DNA of 64,000 bases from Lingula anatina (Eukaryota > Animalia > Brachiopoda). Every line of letters starts with the position of its first letter. The first letter of the stretch is position 1. Where the stretch lies: assembly GCA_051362555.1 (NCBI GenBank), contig CM120642.1:17112001-17176000 (forward strand). Reading direction: 5' to 3'. A program made the position numbers and the translations under genes. A model generated the notes under the pieces. That model searched no databases. It was given only the letters and a program-made list of their open reading frames with translations, and was not told where the DNA came from. Positions 27,301 through 38,641 of this stretch are shown here, piece by piece.

Positions 27301-30300
27301 TAGAACACCAACACAACAAAAAATTAAATTGTTTCTTTTTCCAGCAATTATTCAAGAAGGTCCTGCCCCACCATTGCTTGGGGTCAGTGTGGTCAAATCG
27401 GAAGGACAAGAAGAAACTAGATGCCCCCTCAGTGGTGGCCACTGTAGACCAGTTTAACAGAGTGTCCTACCGCGTCATAGCAACAGTGCTTAAACAGCCA
27501 GACATGAAGGCATCGCAGAGAGCTAAGATCATTGCAAAGTGGATAGATATAGCACAGGTAAATGTTATATTCAGTTTTGGTGGATATTTTTTACCACTTG
27601 CTTACGAAATGAAATTGGCTCGTTCTTTTGAATTTCAACTTTTTTTTAAAATGCCATATGGCAAAACCAAACAGTTACAAAATGAAATTCAGAAGATGTA
27701 TGCAAACAATGTTTGTGTGCAACCTAACTTTGACTGAAAATATTATCTTTTTGACTTGTTTTCTCAAATAAGCACCATATCTTTTTGTGCTGGATTTGTC
27801 AGGATGATTTGTCAGTGAGTTGGTATTTCATTCTCACATTGGTGCACTGGGGACAGTTTTCCAGAAACTCACCAGAACATGTTTTGCCTGCTACTTTCAG
27901 TCAAACATTCACAACTTATTTAGCCCCAAATTTAAAGCATTTAAGTGGCCATTTATTATGGTTTCACAAGAGCATAAATTCTGCATGTGATATCACTATA
28001 AATACTGGATGAATCAGAACATTAGCTCTCTCGTAAATCATGTTGTTTATTTGTTTTCAACAGGAGCTGCGTGTGTTAAAGAACTTCTCTTCATTAAAAG
28101 CCATTGTCTCAGGTTTACAATCTAATTCTGTCTTCCGTCTGAAGCGGGTGTGGTCCATGCTGCCCAAGTAAGTACTAGAGTTCTAAAAAAAGGGGTTTAA
28201 ATTCTGAGCACAACTGTCAGTACTCTTAGACTGTCCAGGGAAAATACACTGTCATTGGAACTAAGACCAGACATAGTCACATTTTTTATGTCATCATTTC
28301 TCATTTGGCAATTTTTTCAGTTTTGATGAAATTCTTTAAGAAGAATGGTTTCTTTACATTCTTTATCATTTCTTGAAAATCAGTTCTTGAAAATATGCAT
28401 TTAATATTTAGTAAACTTCTATTAAACAGTAATAATTTTAAATGCATTAAAAATTTTTAAGTTTTTTATTGTATAGATATCTGATGTTTGAAATTTGTTT
28501 AAAGTCTGATATTTGAAACATTTCTGTTCTTTACAGGGAAGTCTTTGCATTGTTTGAAGAATTATCCAGTATATTTTCAGAAGAAAACAATCAAATGGCC
28601 CACCGTGAGCTGCTCAACAAGGTAGGATAATATGATAATAAGATTGGTTGTTTTGGTACATTATTCCTGACATGTGAGTATTAATAGAGCCTACCCTTGG
28701 AAATAATCATTGACAATGATAATGCAAACTTTTCATGAAGATTGTTATTTTGTAAATCTTCTACCAAAAACATGATTGAAGTGTGGACTAACGTTACCTT
28801 AGCTGATTTAGAATTATAAAAAAAATGCAAGTAAATTGCTTGACTTACTCCATTTCTGTGTCTACTTACAGGAAGGAACAGCCAAATATGCAGCCACCGA
28901 CACTTGGGGGAGGAACTGGAAGCGGCGGACAGGGCATTCTCACAAACGGAAGGCAAAGTCTGTGGATGGGGTAAGTTTGTGGTGCTGCTCATGTGATTTT
29001 ATGTGATACACAAATATTGTTATTAATATGAGTTGGTACCATGTTTTTGGATATATCTGCTTCACAAATGTATTCAGTCTTTTTTCCCCTAATCCTTCTG
29101 CATATTGCCACACCCTCTATATGTCCATGTACATATTGCCACACCCTCTATATGTCAATTGACATACTGTCACACCCTCTAAATGTTAATGTACATATCA
29201 CCACACCCTGTAGATGTCCACTCCATGTCCACTTCATGTCCACTGTAAATATTTCAGATCACAGTCCAGGGGACAGTGCCGTACTTGGGGACCTTCCTCA
29301 CTGACCTCACCATGATTGATACAGCCACGCCTGACCTGTCTGAGGACGGACTCATCAACTTTGAGAAAAGACGAAAAGAGTTTGAAGTGCTGGCACAGAT
29401 CCGACTCTACCAGTCAGCGGCACATATATATAACCTGCAGCCGAATGAGAGATTTATGGTCTGGTTTAGTGGAGTTCGAGTTTATAATGACAACGAAAGG
29501 TAATATTTCAAAGTATTTAAACTGATGCTCACCTCAAGAAATTGTGAATTTAAACTTTTTTGAAAGATTTTGGTATTTACACATAGACTTGATATCTTTG
29601 ACATGTGTCATCATGATGACAGATAAATTAAGACCATGAAGGGAAAGTTTAATAAAACTAGGTATTGTGGATAGTTTGGCATAATATTCCATGAAGTCTG
29701 TGCTGTCAACATTGGCCCCACACCAAATGTCTGTTGACTTGAAAACTTGCCATTAAAATTTGTTATTTAAATTTGTTCATTTTCTAGTTAGTGGGGTTTA
29801 ACATTATTACATTTATTTACTTGGAAATGTAGACCTCTCCTTGTTGTTCCAGCTATGAATTATCTTGTGCCATAGAACCTGCTGACTCTCCAGCTCATGG
29901 GAAACTGAAGAAAAAAGCAAGGTTGGTATCTGAATGTATTTTTTCCATGATATGTGACAAAAGAATGGTCAACTGTGTTTTTATTTGTTTTTATTTTTTA
30001 TTTTTGTTATGATCTGAAAGTTACTTAATAGTGCAAAAATGGTAAAAAAAAGAAGCGGGTAAAAAAAAGAAGTAGGAAAAAAAGTAAATGTTTGAAATAA
30101 ATAAACAGTTGAACTCTCACATTTGATTTTTTTTCAATGTACAATGAACGTATGAAATTTTAATTAAAACCTAATTTGACATGACATACACTTTCAAGCA
30201 TATAGAAAAAATAGAAAGCTGAAACTGAAAGGTGCATTGAAATTTTGTTTCATATATTTTATATATTGTATCTTTTTAGATTTTAAGATGTCAGACACTT

Positions 30301-32730
30301 TCAAATAAATTAAATATATAGAAAAAATATAAAGCTGAAACTGAAACATGCATAAAAAAATGTGTTTCATATATTTAATATATATTGTATCTTTTAGTGC
30401 CCTGTCATGTGTGAGTGGGCTGATGAGGACACCAAGCATGGGTTCTAACTCTTCACTAAATCAGGACTCCAGATCCTCTGACAGCAGCAGTCTGGCTGAT
30501 TCTCTGTCTCTGTTATCTACTTCTCAGGTATGAATTTATTTTGATAACTTTATTTCAAGGTGTATTCATTTTCTACTTGTATTTTAAAAGAGCCTGCGTT
30601 TTATAACTGAGCCAGCTTCCATATTTTTTAACTGCCATTCCCGCCTGCTTTTTCACATCTGAAATTCAGTTGCATTAGATTAAATTTTACCACACCAGTC
30701 AAAAATGTTAGGTGGAGATGTAAACTGCACCACATGCCCTTCTGTGTAACCTTGAAATCTAAATGACTGGAAGAATATCTTTGAATGGTGCAGCAAACTT
30801 AAATCAGACTTGCTGTAAAGGGGCGAGAAAAGCATGTATGTATGGAAGTCTGAAAAAGAAAGTTGCTGCCTCGGATCAAGCCTCAAGGTCATGTACCTAA
30901 ACTGTTCTCTGGGTCTTTTCTTTCCACTTTTTTAGTCAGATTTGAGCATTGTTGATAGTATTTTGCACAGAATTTTAATCACACAAATTGTTGCTGATTC
31001 AAAATTTATAATTATACTGATAGGAAAATTTATATCTTTTAAACTACCAGATAACTTGATTAAAAAAGTTAAGAATTAAACTTGGATAGATGATTATTAA
31101 ATAACTTAATCAATGAAGTTTTTAATAATTTGTTACTTGTGATTATAGTCATAACTCAGTAAATTAAAAAAGAAGTTGATGTGTTTCTCAAAAGTAGTTA
31201 AGAATATTATAACATCAAATTGGTTTTTTCAGTAACACTGAAAAGTTAACTGCACATTATAATATAAAGAAATGTGAGTAAGAAAAAATGATACATCCTT
31301 AAAAAGGTAAAATTTTAAATTGGAATGAATGAGTTATTTGAAAATTATAAGTTATAACGTGAATATCATATTTCCAGATCTCCACGGATTCTCAACTGAA
31401 ATCTCCTCTCTTGTCTCCCGGTGATATCACGGAGTTTAAATCTCCCGATGCCTGTGTTATTAAAGTCAAACTTGACACAGGGACCGAGGAGGATACTAGC
31501 CTCTACAAGTCCATCATGGTAAGTGTGACTGATTTTAAATCTCCTGATGCCTGTGTTATTAAAATCGAACTTGACACAGGGACCGAGGAGGATACTAGTC
31601 TCTACAAGTCCATCATGGTAAGTATGACTGATTTCAAATCTCCAAATGCCTGTGTTATTAAAGTCCAACTTAACACAGGGACTGAGGAGGATACTTGTCT
31701 CTGTAAGTCCATTGTGATAAGTTTTGCAGAGTTAAAATCTCCCAATGCCTGTGTTGTTTAAGCCAAACTTGGCACAGGTTGTATTGTTTCCTTTTTCTGT
31801 ATCTATTGGTATATGCAGGGCTTAATTACAGCACAGTTTAAACAATAAATGCATAATTATTCTATTTTTATTTCTCAATATTCAAACTGAGATTGGTTGT
31901 TGGCATATTTGTCAGCTTTGGCTGGTTATATTTCCAGCTTAGCAATTGTTAACATCAGTTTTGTATCTGTGCATTTGTCACTGTTAGCTGGTTATATTTC
32001 CTGCTTGGCAATTAGGACCATTTGCAGTGTGTCTGTGTATTTGCCAGGTTTAGCTTTTATTTTTATTTTTTCATTTTCAACTTGGCAGTACAATACAAAA
32101 TAAGATATTTTCAAATTTTATGGTGATATTGTCTCTTTTCCTGTTTCCAGCTTGGCAATGGAGACCATACGGGTGTTGTTATCAAGAAAGTGTTGGAGAA
32201 ATACAATCTTGAAGCTGACAATCCAACTGACTACAGCATATACCAAGTCCTGCCAGATGGGGGTGAGTAAAAATAACAGATGATGGTGAATCCAGGTTTT
32301 ATACGAGGGGAGGTGGCATGGGAATAACATATATTTGCCTTGTTTTGCTAGAAAAGTATTAGATACTAGATGGCTGACAATTTTACTGTAGCACAGTGTA
32401 TGTAGGGTATGGGGATGGAAAATTAGCTTGGCTTTGTCTTGCTTGAAACATGTATTCATCATAGATATTTGTCCCACTGAAATGCAATCTCTTATTGATT
32501 TATAATAAAAAGGATTTTAAAATGTATTTATTTATTTTTATTTATTTATTTATTTTTTAGATCTACACATCCCCGATAAAGCCAATGTGTTCTATGCCAT
32601 AAATAACAATGTCAAGGAACTGAGATTTATGGTTTGCAGAAAAAGCCTAGTTCCTGCTCATATGACCATGCCTTACAGAGGTAAACGGACCTCCAATAAG
32701 AACAAAATGAAGAAGAAAAACTCCTTATAG
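10969..32730 (+). CDS. RGL1: Ral guanine nucleotide dissociation stimulator-like protein (RalGDS/RGL family: REM - CDC25 RasGEF - RA domain); 16 exons, ~700 aa
   Basis: Exons 10969-11025, 14108-14200, 21507-21712, 22151-22210, 25278-25465, 26260-26393, 27345-27557, 28064-28167, 28537-28621, 28872-28970, 29258-29499, 29853-29921, 30398-30527, 31378-31518, 32151-32262, 32561-32730. All GT-AG with consistent phases (2103 nt). Motifs: [36 protein letters not shown] (REM), [68 protein letters not shown] (CDC25), CVIKV..YKSIM and ANVFYAI (RA). The first coding exon is the least certain; the symbol denotes the family, not strict orthology. Confidence 0.93.
15279..15326. repeat. (CA)n microsatellite
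   Basis: Direct read. Confidence 0.97.
18080..20512 (+). mobile_element. Non-autonomous Helentron-type element (HINE) with internal 146-bp tandem array, copy 1 (RGL intron 2)
   Basis: 5' subterminal repeat TTGTACCACCAGC folding with adjacent GCTGGCGGTAC; short (CCGCCGGCT)n microsatellite; ~9 units of 146 bp from 19024; 3' complement GCTGGTGGTACAA (20465-20477); hairpin GAGGCGGTATCGCCTC; ends CTAG followed by TTT. No TSD and no transposase ORF. Confidence 0.85.
19024..20300. repeat. 146-bp satellite array (~9 units)
   Basis: Unit starts CCCTTTTATCTCCAAAACTGGCAGAGATAGGTCC at 19024, 19170, 19316, 19462, 19608, 19754, 19900, 20046; last unit degenerate. Confidence 0.95.
20713..20803. repeat. 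(TA)n microsatellite
   Basis: Direct read. Confidence 0.97.
21328..21381. repeat. (CA)n microsatellite
   Basis: Direct read. Confidence 0.97.
23885..24100. mobile_element. Diverged copy of the 8938-9159 MITE family
   Basis: ATTCCCATAGATT..GATCGATCTA / TAGGTCGATCTAATCTATGGAAAT ends; shared core CGCCTACT..GGGGGTAATTAACT. Confidence 0.6.
25690..25900. mobile_element. Diverged copy of the 8938-9159 MITE family
   Basis: Shares TCCAAGGGGTTTCT..CTAAATTGCTTT.AGCTTAA and ACTGAAGC..CAGCTTCAGT; inverted GGATCGACCCATCTCCA / TGGAGATAGGTCGATCC. Confidence 0.65.
26490..27884 (+). repeat. Tandem duplication around RGL exon 7, first copy with a 266-bp internal deletion
   Basis: 26490-26709 = 27053-27272 (offset 563) and 26709-27055 = 27538-27884 (offset 829). 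Confidence 0.93.
29101..29225. repeat. ~31-bp degenerate minisatellite in RGL intron 10
   Basis: CATATTGCCACACCCTCTATATGTCCATGTA-like unit about four times. Confidence 0.8.
31429..31779 (+). repeat. 99-bp in-frame tandem array (~3.5 copies) spanning the RGL exon 14 donor
   Basis: Units start 31429, 31528, 31627, 31726; ORF 31411-31761 shows [28 protein letters not shown] repeated. Confidence 0.95.
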
Positions 32731-35700
32731 CTGAGAGTTCTTATTGTTTCTCCCAGCACAGTTGTAATTTTTTACTGAGGAATGTTATAAATTTTGAACA
32801 GAAAACTGGCTTCCAAAGTAATGTGCAGCTCAGAATGAAGGAAATGGCTTCCCGTAAGAATGAAGAAGATGAAAAACTCCATATAACCATGGATACTTAT
32901 TGCTTCTTCAAGCACAGTTTCAACTGGAAATTGATTGAAATTTTGATTTGCAGCCTTGAATTCCAGAGAGAAATGCAGATTTGTTTTTACTCAGAATGAA
33001 GTGAGATTAATTCTGCACATTGTAATATGATTGTACTTAAATGCAACAAAACTTCCATAAAGAATAAAAAATAAAAATAAATTTCAACTAAATATGTATA
33101 AGTAACAGTTATACTAGGTGCTGTCATTTATATTTCTTCCATCAGTGGTAATCATTATATTTTTATCAGCATTGGTTTGACTGTGGGCAAGATATCTAAA
33201 AAAATCTTCAGGAATATTATGTTTTCAGGATTGACGTTTTGCCTTGTATTTGAAAAGGAACTTTTGATTACCTTTTTGGCAGATTCCTATGCTCTTGGAG
33301 TGTCCTTAAGTTGTGACTCTCATGATTTGTTATGACAAGTCAAACAACCTTCTATATTGAAAATTAAGAGAATTAAGTGGAAATTTATCACAGCCAAGGG
33401 AGACTCAAGGCATCAATGATTGATTCAATGATATTGTATTTATACTGCCATCAATTATTCAGAGTCATATCATTATGAATACAATGATTTATACACTACT
33501 TTGAAATATTTATATTGATTTGTGGTTATGTGACATTCATTTGATAAGATGTGGACATATTTGATGATACTGGTCAAGTAAATGAACTTTAGAAAAACTT
33601 AATATCTCATGGTGCTTTTTACAGATTTGAAAAAATGTGTTTGTACTAAGCGAAATGTTGCAGCAATCCTATGAGTTACACCATATAATTAAAATAACAT
33701 GACAGTAAATTCAACTGTAATATGGCTTGATTACTAGGATTTTTATGTTGAAAGTTTCCTAGACAGCATTATATATAGAAGTGTTCTTGAAATCATTCAA
33801 TTCAAACAAAAGGCAGTGAATTTTTAAATGCATTTTTCAAGTGTGTGGTCTATCATATCACGTATAGTATTTGCCACTGTTAAATGTAATACTGCAATAA
33901 TACATAAAGCACTATTTTATTCTCACAATTTTTGAGTCTTCATTTGTATAGAATAATGTAGAACTCAATTTCAATCATGGGCAGCTGCATAATATTTAAT
34001 GTTGTCAATTAAAAAGTGAGAGTAATTGTCAGTTAATCATGCTTAAACATTACATATTGATGTATCTTGAACAAATACAAGTCAAATTAAGATACTTGAT
34101 AGGAATTTTACTACAGGCCAAATCGTACTGAGGTCTAGCTATGTAGATAATTCTTACACAACATTACAAGTTACTTTTTTTCTAATGTCATTGTTGGCAA
34201 AGGGTAAAGTTGGATGCGAGTGACCTGTCAGATAGATCTGAAGTTATTTCTAGTCCAGAAATATTTCACAGAGATGTACATTAATAGATGGTTGTGAATT
34301 GTTTGTATACAAATGTGGTAATGTTTAGAACTAGATTACCAGGTATAGGTCAAGGCCAGGTTAGGGTCAAGGTCACAGTAAGGTGATGTCAAATATTTGC
34401 AAGTGTATGTAGACATTAATTTCAGCAACATACCTGTATTTGTGCTTTGCCCTAGATCTTGTTAAGTTATGCTTTTTCTGACTTGCTTAAAATACTGGAA
34501 TTAACAGTAGTGTCTGATATGTGGTTTATGACTCTTGAGTTATTCCATTTTGTTGGGATTTTTTAAATTGCTTACAAGTGTATACACAACTTGTCCCTGT
34601 TGTTTGGCTGCTACAAACTTGAAAACATTTACACCCTCTGCAAAAGGAATTGGGGATAAGAATCACTTTCTGAATTTTTAATGATATTATTGTGATGATA
34701 ACTTGCCTCTTAGAGTTTGAATGTTAATTCATTTTTTAAGCAGATAGCTGAATGGTGAATAACATTTTTCATTTTAAATGCATAATCTGGCATTTTGTTA
34801 ATGGAGTTACCTCTGTGTATCCGAAGCCTCTGAATTTAAATTGCTGAGATATTGCTAAAATTACTTTAAATTTCTTACTTTTGGTGTGAGATTTTAGCAC
34901 AGTGGGAAATTAAGCGTGTATCAGCATTGGATATCTTTTGAAGTGGCTTTAACTAAATAATCTATCATATCTCTCTTACATATTTGTATAAGTTTGGATT
35001 TTGGAGCTGGTCTCTTTAACTCGTAATTGTTCTCCTAGTATTATTATCTGATTTTAATAATGTGTTTTGCTTTTATTATGGCACTTGTAAATAGAATAAA
35101 AATTATTTTAAATGGTTTTGTATGTACATGTATGTGCTAGTAATCTATATCACGGTGTCACTTCCAGTATTGATCAAAAATAAGATATGCTGTGAATGAT
35201 GTGCTTTTCTAGGGTAAATTCACTATCTTTTAACCATTTAATATTAAAAGGGCAATTATTCAAACTAATTACAAAAATATAGACTGAGATTATCTTTATA
35301 AGTGAAAAATATGCAAGTGCTTCTGTGAGTTTGTTTACATCAATTTCATGTAGTTTGCGTTTTCTTTATAAGTTCATGCTTGTAAAATATGTCATAATGC
35401 CAGTTTAAGGTTTACATTTCCTCTGGAACTATGTGCATTGAAATATTCCATATCATATGTTGCTTGTCGCCAGTGCTGTGTAATGATAATTATTGTAACA
35501 AATTATATAGTAATTTTTAAACCATAATTATTAAATTGTAACTGAAACTACATGTATATTGTGCAATAACCACTTCTATTCCTTTAATTAATTAATTTGT
35601 AAAAAAAACTCAGTTGTAGTCTCTTTTAATTTAAGAGTAAAACTGTGTGTCCTTATTCATCATACTATTGTGGTTTTTAAAACAGCTATGGATACTTTGT

Positions 35701-35846
35701 AAATTATGGAAACTAGAAGGCGTTGTAATTGAGTTCAAATGTAAAAGTAAATATGCTCTCTTTTTATACAGCATTTCACTGGCAATTCAAACAACCTACA
35801 CTGCAAAACCATTGTTATACTTAGGCCATCGCATTAGTATGACAGT

Positions 35847-35910
35847 AATAAAATATTCCTGGATTTATTTCTAGCTGATATGTGCCTTGCTTTGCTTCTC
35901 CTTTCGTGTT
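35847..35910 (+). terminator. Probable distal polyadenylation signal of RGL
   Basis: AATAAA at 35847-35852 followed by a GU/U-rich tract at 35881-35910; other AATAAA at ~33063 and ~35095. Confidence 0.55.
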
Positions 35911-35912
35911 CA

Positions 35913-38341
35913 TTGTACCGCCAGCGTTAGCGCTGGCGGTACACATGGTTTCGGTCCCGTCCGGATCGTTCCGCCGGCTCCGCCGGCTCCGTTGGCTCCG
36001 CCGGACGGCTACCGTTACCGCTTCTCCTCCTAGACGGTAAGGGCCCCCGTACCCATCTCATGGATTTAGGTCACCTATAATCTCAACTCGTTCCACGTAA
36101 AATTTGGGCTTTGTCGGTATTGGGGTCTGGGTGTGGCACTCATTGCAATGCACCCTTGTCTAAAAATGGCAAAATTAAATGCTAATTATCTACCCTACGG
36201 AAGGAGTTATGGGAAAAATTTCTATAGACGGCTTTCCAAAAGTCATATGTGTAGATTTCAAATATATCCTTGGATTTGACCTTTGACCTCTACTTCAAGG
36301 TCAAATGGGCCAAAATTTTCAAAAAAATGAAATTTTTTACGAAAAAAAATTTTTTTGCCCTGTTATTCAGACACCACACAGACTTAACCAATAATATTAT
36401 TGGAAAGTGTTACCCTTCAGGTCATCTTTCATCTCCATGAATTTGGGGTCAATCGGTGCATTTTCACGGGAGTAGCGGCCATAAGATACCCAAACTGAAA
36501 ACTGTCTCTAATTCGGGAACCGTTAATGCTAGAGACCCATACTTTTTTGCATTTTGTAGAGCATGTAAAGCCCAACACTGGAGGTGGTCTCGGTTTTTTT
36601 GTATTCCATACGGTTTTCGAGTTACGCTGTATCAAAAAGTACACATTGGTGGTAAAAGCAAAATGTGCAGTACGGTAATAGATAATAAATTTTGAACTCT
36701 GGAAAAATAAAACATAAGGCTTGGCAAAGCAGACAACTTGTGTTCAAAAATGACATTATTTCATCAAAATTGAACTTCTGAAACTTCAGAGCACCTCCTA
36801 TTTCAAGAATTTTGACCAAAATGACATTTTCTTTATTTTAATTAATTTTTTCTGTACGAAATTTAAGGCACATTATGGTAACTCCAAAATTATAACATCT
36901 AGTCCCTTATATCTCCAAAACTGGCAGAGATAGGTCCATAGTTACTATTGAACTTGAATAGGAAGTCATATACTGGCAATCTAAATGTGACCTTGAAATT
37001 GACCTTTGACCTACTTTTCACCATGAACTGAACTTTGCAAATTTTTCTTCCCTTTTATCTCCAAAACTGGCAGAGATAGGTCCATAGTTACTATTGAACT
37101 TGAATAGGAAGTCATATACTGGCAATCTAAATGTGACCTTAAAATTGACCTTTGACCTACTTTACACCATGAACTGAATTTTGCAAATTTTGCTTTCCTT
37201 TTATCTCCAAAACTGGCAGAGATAGGTCCGTAGTTACTATTGAACTTGAATAGGAAGTCATATACTGGCAATCTATATGTGACATTAAAATTGACCTTTG
37301 ACCTACTTTTCACCATAAACTGAACTTTGCAAAATTTGCTTCCCTTTTATCTCCAAAACTGGCAGAGATAGGTCCATAGTTACTATTGAACTTGAATAGG
37401 AAGTCATATACTGGCAATCTAAATGTGACCTTAAAATTGACCTTTGACCTACTTTTCACCATGAACTGAACTTTGCAAATTTTTCTCCCCTTTTATCTCC
37501 AAAACTGGCAGAGATAGGTCCATAGTTACTATTGAACTTGAATAGGATGTCATATACTGGCAATCTAAATGTGACCTTAAAATTGACCTTTGACCTACTT
37601 TACACCATGAACTGAATTTTGCAAATTTTGCTTTCCTTTTATCTCCAAAACTGGCTGAGATAGGTCCATAGTTACTATTGAACTTGAATAGGAAGTCATA
37701 TACTGGCAATCTAAATGTGACCTTAAAATTGACCTTTGACCTACTTTTCACCATAAACTGAACTTTGCAAATTTTGCTTCCCTTTTATCTCCAAAACTGG
37801 CAGAGATAGGTCCATAGTTACTATTGAACTTGAAAAGGAAGTCATATACTGGCAATCTAAATGTGACCTTGAAATTGACCTTTGACCTACTTTTCACCAT
37901 AAACTGAACTTTGCAAACTTTTCTGCCCTTTTATCTCCAAAACTGGCTGAGATAGGTCCATAGTTACTATTGAACTTGAATAGAAAGTCATATACTGGCA
38001 ATCTAAATGTGACCTTGAAATTGACCTTTGACCTACTTTTCACCATGAACTGAATTTTTCAAATTTTGCTTCCCTTTTATCTCCAAAACTGGATTCAAGT
38101 CAATTTACTGTGACCTTGAAATTGACCCTTGACCTACCTTACGAAGAATTTAAATTTGATTGTACCATATATATTTTTTGCAATAGTTTAAAAATTCTTG
38201 TTGATTGCATTTTTACAGCTTGTCAAGCACAAAACTGGTGGCTGTGTTCCTTATTTTGTGTATGTGGGGGTCTATACGAATGCGCTTGCTCCAGCTGGTG
38301 GTACAATATTTGGAGGCGGTATCGCCTCTCTGATCCTCTAG
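35913..38341 (+). mobile_element. HINE with 146-bp tandem array, copy 2 (between RGL and protease 3' ends)
   Basis: Colinear with 18080-20512: perfect 5' hairpin GTACCGCCAGCG-TTAG-CGCTGGCGGTAC, same body, ~8 units of 146 bp from 36904, same 3' subTIR, hairpin and CTAG-T run. Confidence 0.85.
36904..38140. repeat. 146-bp satellite array (~8 units) with a 438-bp trimeric higher-order structure
   Basis: Same unit as 19024 array; variant TTTACACC..GAATTTTG recurs 438 bp apart (about 37161 and 37599), mirrored by near-identical spurious ORFs 37011-37316 and 37449-37754. Confidence 0.95.
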
Positions 38342-38409
38342 TTTTTTTTTGCAGTGACAATGGGTATTTTATTTATGAACCCCCCAAAATTATACTTATA
38401 AGTGTGTAG

Positions 38410-38449
38410 TGACTAAACAAGAGCAACACTGTACTTAATAAGTTTTATT
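38410..38449 (-). terminator. Probable polyadenylation signal of the minus-strand protease
   Basis: AATAAA (TTTATT at 38444-38449) followed on the minus strand by GTGTTGCTCTTGTTT; ~190 nt after the stop codon. Confidence 0.55.
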
Positions 38450-38641
38450 CATGTGTACATTTGCATATTCTCCTGCCTTTTATTTAGCTCATTCCCAAAT
38501 GGTACTAAGGGCAGTTTACCAAAAAATTCAATCCTGAGTGTTTTCTGTTTGATGATTGTACATGAGATGGGTACAAGATTACAGTTTTTGTCTTTCGCTT
38601 TGGGTGCAGTCCCTCTAAATCTATGAGTGTGGGAAGGTGTC

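Noticed and set aside
31366-31668. Repetitive antisense ORF over RGL exon 14
   Set aside because: Shadow frame of the 99-bp sense-strand array.
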